From: Octopus vulgaris
Taxonomy: Eukaryota
Direction of reading: 5' to 3'
Assembly: GCA_951406725.2 (NCBI GenBank)
Contig: OX597821.1
Coordinates: forward strand, 100,812,001-100,876,000
Length of the DNA stretch: 64,000 bases
The notes beneath the pieces are model-generated. The model was not told where the DNA came from, made no database searches, and was given only the letters and a program-made list of their open reading frames with translations. Below, in pieces: positions 29,434 through 43,809 of the stretch; the first letter of the stretch is position 1; each line of letters opens with the position of its first letter. The translations under genes and the position numbers were made by a program.

Positions 29434-29864
29434 TATTACAAATTTAGGATTTTACCTAAATTTAGGTAAAATAGGACCTACAACTTCAATTTCAGGACAA
29501 CCTTATTTTCTGGAGTACACATACAAAGTTATATCCAAAATACTAATCTAATAATATTATCATTTTAAAGCCCACTATATCGTACAACAAAATAAAGTAC
29601 ATTAGAATTAATTAAAAATTATATAAACACATTTAAAATATATATACCTTTGTGGGGTATATATATATATACATTTTAAATGTATTTATATAATTTTTAA
29701 TTAATTCTAATGTACTCTATTTTATTGTACGATATAGTAGGCTTTACAATTATTATATTATTAGATTAGTATTTGGGATATAACTTTGTATGTGTACTCC
29801 AGAAAATAAGGTTGTCCTGAAATTGATGTTGTAGTCCTATTGGTAAAATCCCAAATTTGTAATA
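29434..29864. repeat. older imperfect inverted repeat, about 200-bp arms
   Basis: CAGGACAACCTTATTTTCTGGAGTACACATACAAAG / CTTTGTATGTGTACTCCAGAAAATAAGGTTGTCCTG, with scattered mismatches elsewhere. Confidence 0.9.
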
Positions 29865-30012
29865 ATATTATCATATATACTGTTTGTTTGCATTAGTAAA
29901 ATGTAAAATAGTAAATATCCTGATAACCTGGAATAATTATTATTCCCTGTGTTTTTTTTTTAGAATTTCATATATATACAAATATATATATATATATATT
30001 TATAATTTTATA

Positions 30013-30081
<69 letters not shown>

Positions 30082-30254
30082 TCTATATATATACATAGTA
30101 AGAAAAAGGTTAATTTCGATTATCCCCACATGAGTTGTAATGGTGAGTTGTAATGCAATATATATATATAAAATAAAAGAAGGAAAATGCACATAGTTTA
30201 CATAGCTGTAATATATTTTTTAAATATAGTTTGTAAGTGAAAGAGTATTGTGTT

Positions 30255-30287
30255 TGTCGATCGGTTTCGCTTTTGCTAATCATGACA
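30255..30287 (-). ncRNA. minimal type I hammerhead, A3:U8 covariant core, in a PLE 3' pseudo-LTR
   Basis: Minus strand: tgtc ATGATTA gc-aaaa-gc GAAA ccga TC gaca; about 260 bp downstream of the PLE GIY-YIG stop, same strand. Confidence 0.75.
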
Positions 30288-30547
30288 TTGAAATTATTGT
30301 AATTTCGTATTTTCTTAGCACATGTTCTTGTATGTAGTTTTGTGAATGAATCAACATCTAGAAAAATCTAAGGGTAGGTAACTTGTGATTGTTATTATTC
30401 GAGATAGAGGAGATAATTGCTCATTTTTTTTTTTGCTGGGTGGATAAATAAATATGCAAAAACTCAAAAGCTAAAGTAATGAGATGAAATATGTACAATT
30501 TTGGATATGTGGTGAATACTTAAAATATATACTGAGACAAAAGTTGG

Positions 30548-31437
30548 TTATGCGTTCATATTTAGGAGTGTTCTGTATTTTTCGATAAATAAATTTTCTT
30601 TATGTAAACATTCTTGTATAGAAACTGTTTCTTTACACTGGTAGATGGGGAAAACTATGAAGGTTGGTTGAATATTACCTGCACATCTCTCTATGTGTTC
30701 ACTCAAAGGAATCTGTCCGTACTTTGGGAAATTGATCTGTCCCTTATGTAGTGTGGTTCTCTGTCTAAGTCCCACATGTGTCTGTCCTATATAGTTATAT
30801 CCACAACCTGAACAAATTGTAACATAAATTAGTTACTCGGAATCACAAGTGAAGCTGGTTTTAATTGTAAACCTCTCTCCTTGTTCGAACAGAAATTCCG
30901 AGCCTTCCAGTAGGCTAGAACATGTCCAACAGTTTGAACGTCCACATTTTTTTAACCATTGGTTTCGCGGTTGTTGTGTAGATTTCGCATTTGCCAAAAG
31001 TCTTTTCAGGGATTTCTGTTGCTTTCTGCATTTGATGAATTTATGTGTTTTCAGAATGTTGTCCATTTTTGGATCCCTAGTGAGCATAGGTAGATTTTGT
31101 ACAATAGTGTTGTATGCCTCATTGTTGCTAGGGTTGTGTGTTGATATACGGTAGGGTTTTGTGACGGGGTGTGGTGTTACGTTTTGTTTCCCATAATGTT
31201 TTAAAGCCTAATTTCTTGGCACACTTAATTCCATCATGTATAAGTGACGGTGGATATTGTTTCTCAGTTAGTCTTGTTCTGAGATCTTAAAGACGAAGGT
31301 CCCGAGTATTTCCATCAGACACTATTGTGCAAATCCTATTCGCTAAATGAAAGGGGATATTTCTTTTGATGTATTTCGGGTGGCATGAGCTAAACAGAAG
31401 ATATTGCTTTGAGTCCGTTAGTTTATGATAATAGTCA
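30548..31437 (-). mobile_element. Penelope-like element, RT thumb, Cys-rich linker and GIY-YIG endonuclease (frameshifted)
   Basis: YYHKLTDSKQYLLFSSCHP..NIPFHLANRI, KCGRSNCWTC, FTCDSE, LIYVTICSGCGYNYIGQT, LRQRTTLHK, LSEH. Confidence 0.92.
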
Positions 31438-31449
31438 ATTACAATTTGG

Positions 31450-31669
31450 TTATTCTTTTATTTTGTTTTGTTTCAGTCATTTGACTGCGGCCATGCTGGA
31501 GTACCACCTTTAGTCGAGCAAATCGACCCCAGGACTTATTCTTTGTAAGCCTAGTACTTATTCTATCGGTGTCTCTTGCCGAACTGCTAGGTGACGGGGA
31601 CGTAAACACACCACCGACGTTGGGGAGACAAATACAGACGCACAAACATATACATACACACACACATGC

Positions 31670-31702
<33 letters not shown>

Positions 31703-31790
31703 AAGGGCTTCTTTCAGTTTCCGTCTACCAAATCCACTCACAAGGCTTTGGTCGGCCCGATGCTATAGTAGAAGACACTTGCCCAAGGTG
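31450..31790 (-). mobile_element. SINE family A at the junction between two PLE fragments
   Basis: GTTTCAGTCATTTGACTGCGGCCATGCTGGAG...CACTTGCCCAAGGTG. Confidence 0.85.
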
Positions 31791-33205
31791 AACTAAGAAA
31801 TGGAGTTGTTCTTTACTATATTCCATCGTAAATGTTAAAGTTTATATTATTTAGTATTGATTCAAATTCCTAAAGTTTACAACTTAGGAAGAAATTAGCT
31901 CTAAAGAAAATGAAAAGAGAAATATACTTAAACTGAGAGCATCGAATAATGAACAAAAATATAAAACCATCGATGAGGAAATGCACACCGAACACACTAA
32001 ATGTGCTGATGAACAACTTTTGGAAAGTGTTATAAAACTATGGAAAGACAGATGAGAGTCGAAAGAAATAAATTCCATTCAACGGTGGGGAAACAGTGTT
32101 AATTTCTTCTCCTTAGTTACGAAACTCGGTGTAAAGGAGACTACAGTTCAGATAACCCCTCCCTGAAAAAAATCTATAACAAATACATGTACAGAAATGA
32201 ATAAACATCCAACTAGATCAAGCTATAAACATCTAAAAGAACACACAAAACTAACTCCTCACTTGGAAGTAAAACGTTCTCAATCTAGAAATAGGGGCAC
32301 AAATAGGAATTACTAGAAGAAATCAACCTAAAGTTAGGAGTAATTATTTCTCCTCAGCAATTAGATACATCCAATAGACTTCTTCTATCCCTCATCGAAG
32401 TAACGTGAACTACGCAATTCCAGCCTATCCACCCCGACAGAAAAACCAACCCTTCAGCATCTTATAAACTTACCCAGAGAGCAAAACCAGCTCCCCAGCA
32501 ATCTTAATATAGTTGATAACACTGATAATTTCTACCAACCGAATTACAATAAACATTTTTTTAGACCGAGTGGAGAGAAACAGAGACACACGTTGGAAGA
32601 AAACTTACAGGGGAAACCCAAAGTAATAAATTTATTGAAGAAAACGCTCTCTACAACAAAATCAGTATACTAGCTAAAGGATTAAAATTCACCCCAAACC
32701 CACGAAGATCTAACCCGAATGAAATTAGAGATAGTATTTCGGAATTCTCCTGGAAAAATACGACTCACAAAGGCACTATCTGATTACAACAACGATAATG
32801 AATAACTGGTTAAAAACAGAAGCAATTATCTTCCACCTAAGGGTGGGAATAAAACACTAGATGACTTCTGCGATCATATCAAAAATTTCCCAAACACTTT
32901 CCATAAGCGAAAAATTAATTCAAGCCTCAACAATTTAGAATCGAAATTTCTACTTAAACTGCAAAACGACAAAGAACTGACAATTAAAGAAACAGACAAA
33001 GGAAGTGTCTGCTTCTTTAATTGATGGACACAGAATACCACAAAACCTAATTTTATCCATGGTAGAAAAAAGTTGTAAACTATAAACAACAAAAAACAAT
33101 GAAAAATTTTGCATCCTTAATTCTTCTACATGGAAAAAACCTGACAGAAAAAGAAATAGATTATATCATGAACTTTAAATGTAAACCTATTCATTTTTAC
33201 GGCCT
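31790..33205 (+). mobile_element. Penelope-like element N-terminal ORF remnant
   Basis: KVINLLKKTLS, ILAKGLKFTP, LTIKETDKGS (K.ADKG motif) and FYGLP motifs across frameshifts. Confidence 0.75.
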
Positions 33206-33265
33206 ACCATACAAGAACATGAACTACAATCTTCTTAAGAAAATACGAAATTTCAATCATTTTAC

Positions 33266-33298
33266 TGTCATGATTAACGAAAGTGAAACCGGTCGACA
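33266..33298 (+). ncRNA. minimal type I hammerhead, A3:U8 covariant core
   Basis: tgtc ATGATTA ac-gaaa-gt GAAA ccgg TC gaca; GUC cleavage triplet, GNRA loop, palindromic ACCGGT stem III; flanks homologous to 30170-30340. Confidence 0.8.
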
Positions 33299-33692
33299 AA
33301 CACACTACTCTTTCACTTATAAAATATATTTTAAAATATATTGCGACTATGTAAACTGTGTGCATTTTCCTTCTCTTATTTTATTTAGTTATCTATACAA
33401 ACAATGATTATATACATTCATATATATATAATTATTATTTACATTCATATATATATATGCATATATATATATATATGTATATATAACATAGATATAAGCA
33501 GGCATACATGCACACACATATATTTATACATATATATACAGACTGATTATTCTCATGATACTATTGTTGTTCTTGTTTTAACACATACATATACATACAT
33601 ATATACATACATACACATTATGCATCTGAGTGTTTATATATATATATATATATATATACATACATACATACATACATACATACATACATACA

Positions 33693-33724
<32 letters not shown>

Positions 33725-34484
33725 CACACACATACACACACACATACCCACGAACTCAATGGTATAAGCATATGTATATATGCCTGTGTCTGTATTTCCG
33801 TGCGAGTGCATAAACAGTTGCGAGGTTTTTCCCTTTTTGTATACATGCCTGTGTCCTTCCCTCTCTTCACACGCACACACACACACGCACACACATACAA
33901 ACATACACATACATATGTATATGTATATACATATTTATAAATATATATTTATATTGATATTTATATTTGAACTATTTGACGTGTATGTTCATGCCTACGT
34001 GTGTCATCACTGTGTGAATATGGAGGTGTCTCTGAATAAATATGAGTGTAATGAATATGTTTACATCTGAGCAGTGACAGTTCTTTCTGTAGCAACTCCG
34101 TTATGTAGAAACTCCGTTATGAGTCTTAGTCAAAATGTCTAACTTTGTGTGCCTCCAAAACTAACAGTTGTCAATCAAATACGAAAGAAAATCCATAAAG
34201 GAAAGAGTTAAGAAATCTGATTTACTCAAGAACACAGTTTTGAAAGTCTTTTTTAAACAATGCTAGTAAAACAGGTAATAATTTCTCATGTTTGCATTAG
34301 ATATCTATATTTCCAAAGTAATAGGTGGTAAGTAAGGTGTTACCCCATCGAGAGAGAATGCAGTGTTAGCAGGCTAGTCCCTTCAAAGAGCTTACAGCAG
34401 TGGTTTTCAACCTGAGTCCGTATGACTCTTGGGGTCCATATAAGATCTTGTTATTAAAATTCATGTACAATAAATTGGTTATAC

Positions 34485-34950
34485 TTTTTCTTTGACTTGT
34501 TTCAGTCATTTGACCGCGGCCATGCTGGAGCATCGCCTTTGTAGTCGAACAAATCGACTCCAGTACATATTCTTTGTACACTTAGTACTTATTCTATCGG
34601 TCTTTTATGCCGAACCGCTAGTTATGGGGACGTAAACACACCAACATCGGTTGTCAAGCGATGGTGGAGGGACAAACACAGATACACATAAACACACACA
34701 CATATATGTGTGCGTGCGTGTGTACATATTTACACTCATATATATGTGTGTGTGTGTGTGTATGTGTATCTGTGTTTGCCTCTCCACCATCGCTTGACAA
34801 CCGATCTTGGTGTGTCTACGTCCCCATAACGTAGCATAAAAGACCGATAGAATAAGTACTAAGTGTACAAAGAATAAGTCCTGGAGTCGATTTGCTCGAC
34901 TAAAGGCGGTGCTCCAGCATGGCCGCGGTCAAATGAAACAAAAGAAAAAG
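34485..34950. mobile_element. two SINE family A 3' halves in inverted orientation joined through the internal microsatellite, inside a hAT MITE fragment starting at about 34399
   Basis: 34485-34690 minus copy and 34770-34950 plus copy; AATTGGTTATACTTTT / AAAAGTATAACCAATT at the outer edges. Confidence 0.8.
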
Positions 34951-34964
34951 TATAACCAATTTAT

Positions 34965-35008
<44 letters not shown>

Positions 35009-35541
35009 TGTGTGTACTTAGTTTCCGTCTCCCAAATTCATTCACAAGGCATTGGTCTGCTTGGGGCTATAAGTAGGAGGCTCTTATCCAAGATTCCACA
35101 TAGTAGGACTGAACCCGAAACCACATGGTTGCAAAGCGAACGTCTGAACCACACAGCCATGCCTGCGCCTAATATTTTTGAGAAAAGTCAGTGAATTTGA
35201 CCGCAGACATTTTAATTACTAGCAGACGTATCTGATTCTCAGAACTGCGAAAAGTTATATTTCGTTAAACTGAAACAAATTACTCCTGGCCTGATATAAA
35301 ATAACGTGGCAAACAGAATGATTTAAATAAGTTATTACTTGATTTGTTATTACACAGATGACATCGTAATTATCGTCGCCGCCGCCGCCACCGCTACCGC
35401 ACCCGTCGTTGTCGTTATTGTTTTTGTGGTTGCTTGGCCCAACGTCACACCTTATTGAACAGTCACTGATCAAAGTCGTCTATACCCACAAAAATTCCCC
35501 CCCCTTTTTTTTGTTTGGCACTTTCATTATACAGTCCGGAC

Positions 35542-35707
35542 CAATGCCGTAGCTAATGTGTGCGTGCTACTCGTGGTAGCCCTTTAATTTCCCGCCACTA
35601 CCACAAAATTAAGACAACTTTTATTTCAGTATATCCTATACAAGTTTATGCAGCAGATACAAAAGTGTCGCTCAGTGCGGTCTGCCCCACCCCTAGCTAC
35701 GCTATTG
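35542..35707. mobile_element. possible small MITE (Harbinger-like TIR)
   Basis: CAATGCCGTAGCTA / TAGCTACGCTATTG imperfect TIRs. Confidence 0.4.
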
Positions 35708-36230
35708 TCCAGGACTATTAGCCAATACGATCTTCCATTTCGGTGTTATTTCTCGCAGGTCGAGCCACCACATAAAAGCTTTCTGTCTCATACGATTATT
35801 TGACATCTTTATTGATACTGTCAGACAGAAAATAAAATGCTTATAGCAATAAACTTTCCTATAATACTGATAATAATGAATTGAATTTGTCTCCATGTAA
35901 TTCCTCTTGGTCTTTACAGTTACAATAAACGTTGAATTTTTTAAAGTTTAGAATAACAGAAACTATGTAAACAAGTCATATACAGATGGTCGCAAAATGT
36001 ATGTGATGGCAGTTTTTTTCGTGTCCAAATAGCATGAGAAAGAGTGGCAGGCCCTCGAGTGACTATGTAAGCCAATCGTTGACGTTGCAGAGCTTTTTCT
36101 TCTTGCCTGCTCTTAGTAGTTTTAATTCGTGAGTCAATCCACGCAAATTGATCCAGCTCTTTAGACTTGGAGGTCTGATCACAGTGGCTCAGCGGTATGA
36201 GACGGCTACGGTGACCAGCAAGCTGTATAC

Positions 36231-36701
36231 GAGTGGTTCTCAACCGGGATCCATATGAGCCCTGGTGTCGATGTAACACTTTGGGGGGGGGCCATTGCAA
36301 GCAAAATAATAAATTGGGGATCGGCAGTAGTTTATTGAGGGTCCCTGAAAATATTTTTCTTTAGTTGTATTTGTTGCAAGAAACAACTAGATTTCTTTCT
36401 TTAATGTTTTACATAGTTCAACCTACAACACAAGTGAATGCGTGAAAAACAAAATAGGAATTTTTAAAGAAATTTCTATAAAACTAGTTTTTAAACATCG
36501 AATGGGGGTCCATTCGAATGGACGGGGTTCACCAGAATAGAATAGTAACCTTGCTAACCTTGCTAACCAACCACATGGTTCCGGGTTCATTCCCACTGCG
36601 TGGCATCTTGAGCAAGTGTCTTCTGCTATAGATCCGGGCCGACCAATGCCTTGTGAGTGGATTTGGTAGACGGAAACTGAACGAAACCTGTCGTATATAT
36701 G

Positions 36702-36736
<35 letters not shown>

Positions 36737-37005
36737 ATGTGTTTGTGTGTCTGTGTTTGTCCCCCTAGCATTGCTTGACAACCGATGCTGGTGTGTTTGC
36801 GTCCCCGTCACTTAGCGGTTCGGCAAAAGATACCGATAGAATAAGCACTGGGCTTACAAAGAATAAGTTCCGGGGTCGATTTGCTCGACTAAAAGGCGGT
36901 GCTCCAGCATGGCCGCAGTCAAAAGACTGAAACAAGTAAAAGAGTAAAAGAGAGAGAGAGAGTAATCAAAGGGCTCCATAGGCAAAAAGAGATTGAGAAC
37001 TACTG
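36231..37005. mobile_element. hAT-type MITE with a nested SINE family A copy (about 36560-36960)
   Basis: TIRs AGTGGTTCTCAACC / GATTGAGAACTACTG; degenerate TSD CTGTATAC/CTGTAGAT; related copies at 34399 and 44990. Confidence 0.7.
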
Positions 37006-38644
37006 CTGTAGATTTTATATTAGAGTGGCCTTCACCTAGGTGGATTACCTTACAGGGATGGAGAGCTCCATCTGCCTTGGAGTTACCGAAGACGTGTCAA
37101 AAGGAGCACAAGATAAGAGTTCCTAAAATAATCGTTTCTACGATAGTCACAAGGCCTGAAACTTAGGAAGTGGGGTAGTTGATTATATTGATCCCAGTGC
37201 TTGACTGATCCTTAATTTACCAACCCCGAAAGTGTAAAAGACAAAGTCGACCTCGGCGGAATTTGAACTCATAACGTAAAGACGGACGAAATGCCGCTAA
37301 GAATTTTGTCTGGCGTGCGAACGATTCTACTTGCTCGCCGCCCTATATAGGTCATAAAATAATTACTTCAAATTTTGGTACAAGGCAATTTCGGGGGAGG
37401 GAACAAGTTAATCATATCAACCCCAGTGCTTGACTGGTACTTAATTTATCGATCTCGAAAGGATGAATGGCAGAGTCGACCTTGGCGGAATTTGAACTCA
37501 GAACATAAAGACGGGCGAAATGCTGCTAAGCATTTTGCCCGGCATACTATTGACTCTGCCATCTCGCCGTAAGAGGGTCCTAAAACAACGCCGATCTTAA
37601 ACACAATGTTTCACGCTAGTTGCTTTGTCAAAGTTAAATGAAAAATAGTTACACAACTCAAAATAGTAGTTAGTCCATGACTGTGTTATGTCCTAGAGAT
37701 ATTATCGCCAAGGCTGCATGGTTAAAAAGCTCGCTTAACAATTACATGGTTTCGGGTTCTGTCCCACAGTGCGACACCTTGGAGAAGTATCTTCTTGCTA
37801 TAACCCCAAGGCCGACCAAGCCTTGCGTGTGGATTTGGTAGGCGCAAACTGTTTGGTGGAAGCTTTCCGTATTAAGTGTGTATGTGTGTACCGTTGTGTT
37901 TGCTCCACCGCCAACAACACTTGATAACCGGTGTTGATATGTTTACGTCCCACTAAACGTAGCGTTTGGGCAAAATAATCCGATATAATTAGTATCAGAC
38001 TTAAAGGTTAAGCGCTGGGGTCGATCTGTTCAACTTAACCCTTCAAGACGGTGCCACAACATGGCTGCCGTCCACTGACCGAAACACGCAAAAAATAAAA
38101 GAATTATATGGAAAATGTCTTATGCGTTTTAAAGATTTATAAATCTATTCAACGATCTATTCGGTTTGGCTGCCAGCATTTCAAAAATTAAAGTTTACCG
38201 AAAATTTTTAAATTTGGCACAATAATACATTTGCCGAAACTGAATTCCTGGGGTTATTTCATTTTTATTTATTTTCTTTTTTTTTTCAGAAAAATGTTTA
38301 AATGTTTTTAAAAAGTTATAGAGGTTTATGGTTTGATCATTTTCACCCAGTCAGGAAACAGGATTTGGAAGCTGTCATTTTGTGCGTGACTACACATTTA
38401 GTCGTCGACATCCTAAAAATGGCACGTGATGTCAATATTTGTAAACAACACGTGTTATATCTCCGGTAATTTTCTTTCATATAAATAAATCTTATTTTGC
38501 TGTTATTTTTAGCACACCTCACAACCTCCTCAATGCTCAATGCAAATACGATAAACAACACGTTACATACGATAAATACATTACGGTTTTTAACAGAAAG
38601 ATTTGGAAGAAGTTCTCCGGTAATTTTCCTTCATGTAAATAAAT

Positions 38645-39072
38645 ACTCTTTTACACTTTTACCTGTTTCAGTCATTTGACTGCGGCCATGCTGGAGCACC
38701 GCCTTTATAGTCGAGCAAATCGACCCCAGAACTTTTTCTTTGTAAGCCTAGTACTTATTCTATCGGACTCTTTTGCCGAGCCGCTAAGTTACGGGGACGT
38801 AAACACACCACTATCGGTTGTCAAGCGATGCTGGGGGGACAAACACAGACACACAAACATATACACACACGCATATACATACATATATATATATACGCAC
38901 ACATATATAAGAAGGACTTCTTTCAGTTTCCGTCTACCAAATCCACTCACAAGGCTTTGGTCGGCCCGAGGCTATAGTAGAAGACACTTGCCCAAGGTGC
39001 CACGCAGTGGGACTGAACCCGGGACCATGTGGTTGGTAAGCAAGCTACTTACCGCACAGCCACCACTACGCC
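38645..39072 (-). mobile_element. SINE family A, near full length
   Basis: Close match to the family consensus; further copies at 9985, 26575, 37710, 41333, 44300, 47135, 50470, 50720 and 55219. Confidence 0.9.
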
Positions 39073-42000
39073 GAATGAAAACAAACTGAAATATTTATGT
39101 TAATTTTAAAATTTGTCAGCAAAATCTAATAAAACGACAATGTTACAAAAGACGTACATGCTTCTATGTTATTCATGAAAATAAGAGTGAACAAAATATG
39201 CTTTAAAAAAAAACAAACATTTAAGCATGCAATAAGCAACACATTACAAAATATTCTTAAAATTGAAAGCGAAAGTTAGAAATGCGGTCAACACGTGCTT
39301 CCCCGCAGATAAAAGACTTTTCAAAGACTGTTGTCAGTATGTGCTTCCTCGCAGACTTTTCAAAACTGTTACTATGGCAACATGCAAAAGAATTCTCATG
39401 TCCCACTTGTTACTCTCGATACACACATGAATATATCTGTGGTTTACGATTGACTAAAATTACCAAAATTTTCGAAGTTTAATTACTAATAACTTTCTAT
39501 TTATTGATTTATAGCGAAATTACTTTCACGTCATTAATTAGCCTATAAAAGTGTATCATTACACTAAATATAAAATCAATTCGAACAGAAAATTGACGCT
39601 GGCAGCCAAACAGAAAAGATCCCTACTCGATAAAATAATTCCGAATGAAAACAAAACTGAAATCGAGACACTTAACCATTTTCCCGTCTTGTGTATTGCA
39701 TGTGATACACAGGGCATATTTCCTTGGCGGTTTTGAATCACATATGATATACTTAACCCTTTTTTTTATTATTACCAGAGTAACTTGGGATTTATGAAAG
39801 GTAAGCTCAGAACATATGAAACAAGGGCCAACTTAAAATTGAAGTTTGAAACAAGCATAGGCATCTGAGATAAAGTTATGAAAAAGCTTTGGACCAGCAA
39901 TGAGTTATAGCTTCAACGCCAATCGAATGGTGTTTTTGTTACATCAAATTATTTGTAGCTGGTATCCCTCCTTGAAATTCAAACCCAAATGTAGAAGTTT
40001 TAAAGCCAAAACCGCTGAAGAACAGCATTACTCTATTTGGTAATCTTGACTAAGATCATTGCAGCAGATAAATAATAACACTATATATGGTAAAAAGGAA
40101 GCTAAACATTTGTGATGTCAGTTAATGAAAGGCGGTGCTAGTCTGAAAGGCAAGTTCCATTTTTGCGCCTACATTTTGTTTGAAACATTCTATGTAGAAT
40201 TTCTTGGATATATAGCAGTCCTGATATTCAATTCCCGAAGGAATGTTTCATATGGCAGCCGGAAATTCTGTGTCTTAGTGTGTCTTGATTCGATAATTTT
40301 CTTTCCTCAACCTCTCACAAGGAAATTATTCCTGTCATAATTAACAATTATGTTCTACAATATAACGTTTCCACTCTTATTCTTAGACAAGTTTTTTTCT
40401 TGATTCATATATATCATGCATTTAACAGTTGTACACATTGTATATTATAAACGTTTATCGTTATGAATAAATACTGTTAAATGTATTTTCCTCTAGTCCA
40501 TATTTCAACATGTTAGCCTAATACACCCAGCACATTTTCTCCAAAACGTACAAACGTCGCTAGGGAACGACAGGAGTTACGTGTCAGTATGAATATGTTT
40601 TATGAAGACTACAAAATACTTACAAAACACAATCAAAGAACATCTATGAGATTTCCAGAAGGATTCACGACGTTATATAAACATTTGCAATGACGGCGAC
40701 AGGAGCAGTGATAATTAGAGTAAAATTTCGCTGGTATGTCTTCTACGAAAGTCACTGTTCCGCACAGAAATACATTTAAAACACGCTTTAAATCTTATAC
40801 ATCCAAATGTGATGGAGAGAAAATAAATGGCGTGAAACGACGATGCGAGTGAATATTTAGCACTTTCTATTGAATAAATTCCGCAATTCAATGCCAAACA
40901 TTTTCAGTCACGTGGCTTAGTACCCGGGGAAAGAGAAAATGTCGTTGGAATTAACATTACAGAAGTCATATCTATACTACGTCTAGACTTCACACCATAA
41001 CTGTGGTATTCATTATTTTAGTAGTAAAGAACAATTAAATGTAAAGAGTTATTTGACTAAGATAACCAGATAACGCCGTTAGTAAGATAGATAGGGAGGA
41101 AGATGAGAGAAAACACAATAAAATAGGATGAAAAACGATAAAAGAAGATGAAATGAAATAAAGTAAAACAATATTAAATACAATAACAGGTATTAGATTG
41201 CAAACAGGTTTAACTTTCTGTAACAAGCTGATGGATATGAAAAAATTGGTTTAAGTCCACGGATATAAAGCTTTGCAAGTTTGTGCATATACGTTTATGG
41301 ATTTAGAAGTAGATATAAAAGTAGACATCTCTGTTACGGGGATGTAAACACACCAGCATCGGTTGTCAAGCGATGCTGGGGGGGACAAACACAGACACAC
41401 AAACATATACACACGCATATACATATATATATATACATATATAAGACGGGCTTCTATCAGTTTCCGTCTACCAAATCCACTCACAAGTCTTTGGTCGGCT
41501 CGAGGCTATAGTAGAAGACACTTGCCCAAGGTGCCACGCAGTGGGACTGAACCCGGAACCATGTGGTTGGTAAGCAAGTTACTTACCACACAGCCACTCC
41601 TACGCCTATGTAAAAGAAAATCTAAAGAAATACTGAAATAACGAGTTGAAGAAAACCTAAACTTTTGAGACTAAAAAATGCAAAGTATTTTAACGTTTAA
41701 TAGAACTGCTGTTACAGAAATACATTTGATACAAAAGAAGATGTTGTTTACATTACAAGAATTTAGAAACCTCGAAAGACGTGAAATAAATAGTTTTAAA
41801 CAGTAGAACACGAAGATATTAAAGCAATAAATAAAAGTCCACGGGCAGCCTTCGATTATTATCCAAGTGGCTTTTTAACCCAATACTTACATGGTGTTGT
41901 TTGTAATTTTATCTTCTCTACGTTCCATTGTTAAAATCAATTTTAAAATCCATGTATTTACATTTTTAGTGAGATTGCTGACATGCTAACATCATGGACT

Positions 42001-43809
42001 CGAGATAATCATAACCAATGCATTGTAACATTGAGCTTTCTAGCTCATTTATAGACTCCATAACAGAATTTTTATCGTGTTCAATGTATGTGGAAACGAA
42101 AGTTAAGATTATGACGCAACCGATAAGTAAATTCAATAAACTACTCAAGAAAGGAGTGTAAGAGAAAGTAATATTGCACAGGCTTCCATTAGGAGCCATG
42201 TAATGTAGGGTATAATTTAGAAAAGGGGATTAAATAATGGGAAGAAAATTATCGTATTTTAAACTGAAGCTGAAAATATCAACGCTGTTTGCAATTTGAA
42301 ATTGTAATTTCAACTTACAAAGCAATCATAAATATATAAAGGTAACAGATTAACTATAGTTAAGGTTGAAAAGGAAGTAAAAGTTTCAAAATTGTCGGTA
42401 ATGCAATAGTCAAGGATACTAGATAAGGAATCAAAGAAAGAGAAAGTGTTGGGAAATATCAAGATTTTAAAGCTTGAATTTGTTATAATGTCGCCACTAA
42501 TGAAGACAGATCTAATAACAGTAAAGGCTCTTTAAACTGATCTCTAATTGTAAAGACAAATGGTTTGATAAGAGGGAAATAAAAATAAGGACATATTACC
42601 TTCGGAAATCGTTGTTAAATCGATTGGAAGGTTAGTAGAAATCTACGGGGAAACAAAAATAGTATGAAATTTGCTATCATCCAGACTGTTAGATTTAATA
42701 TTCAGTCCGCCAAAATTATTTAGATATCGAAAAAGAAGCAAGAAAGAACATAATAAAATGTCAAAAATAATTTCTTGATTACCATAAAACCAAAGCGATA
42801 TACATGGAAAATACATGTGGCGTTAATGAGCCTCCCAATATTGTAATAAAAACATGTGTAATGACATCGGTTTCTTCTATATCCACAATCATCGCCCACA
42901 CTTTTTCAAACAACTTACAAAAAGATTGAACACTCTCCTCATTAACTCTAATAATGTAGCAAACCATGAAACCGCCTTCTCCAAAAATACCTGTAGGAAG
43001 GCATCATCTATAAATTACTATATCGTGTTGACCTCCAATGGGTTTAAACTAAGTCTACGTTGACAGAGACACTCCTTCCACAACATTAATAGAAAATCCG
43101 ATATCAGCAAAAAGCCCACAAACAGTCTTATATCCTACACTAACATCTGGAAAAGCCAATCCTCAATTGGACTTCATAGAGGATATATCCAACCTCGCTC
43201 TTTGACAAGATTTAATACAGTCAATTTGTGGTAAAAATTTAATCTTTGCATGCAGTCACCAAGGAGGCAATATCAAAACTCAATAAATAGTGAGATGTTC
43301 AGAAAATCATCATTTAACATTGTTAAAGAAAGTTAACTGACATAAGTTTTTTAATGAGTTTGTCAAAGAAAATGAGCCAAAATTAATGCGATAAGAAATT
43401 TTGAGACAACCCCACTTGTCTCGACACAAAATATTATTTATTAATTGTCTATTTTATTTCATCCAATCATGTGGAGCGATTCTGTCATGTGACATTTTCC
43501 TTCTCCAACATCATTTATCTTTTAGCGTACGTCTGTTTATCTAGTACAGAAGGACACTTTATGAACTCGATCAGGTGACATATTTTATACATTGACTGAT
43601 TTCAAGTATTTATTCTTTTATACCACTTGACGCTTGTTTTTAGTAAAATCTCATTCATTTACATCTTGGGCAACTGGAATTACAGTTTACTATCTCACAT
43701 TTGGTTTTTGAATTATTGCAATATTTTTCGTTCGTTAATAAAATCATTATCTGAGCACAATATCATTATGTTTTCTTGTATTATAACACATTTTTTATTA
43801 TCTTGATCT

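Noticed and set aside
38676-39089. Recurrent peptide [44 protein letters not shown]
   Set aside because: Antisense translation of SINE family A; it recurs because the SINE does.
41700-43090. Possible ancient LINE endonuclease-to-RT region on minus
   Set aside because: Only faint motif resemblance across many stops; cannot be supported without a profile search.
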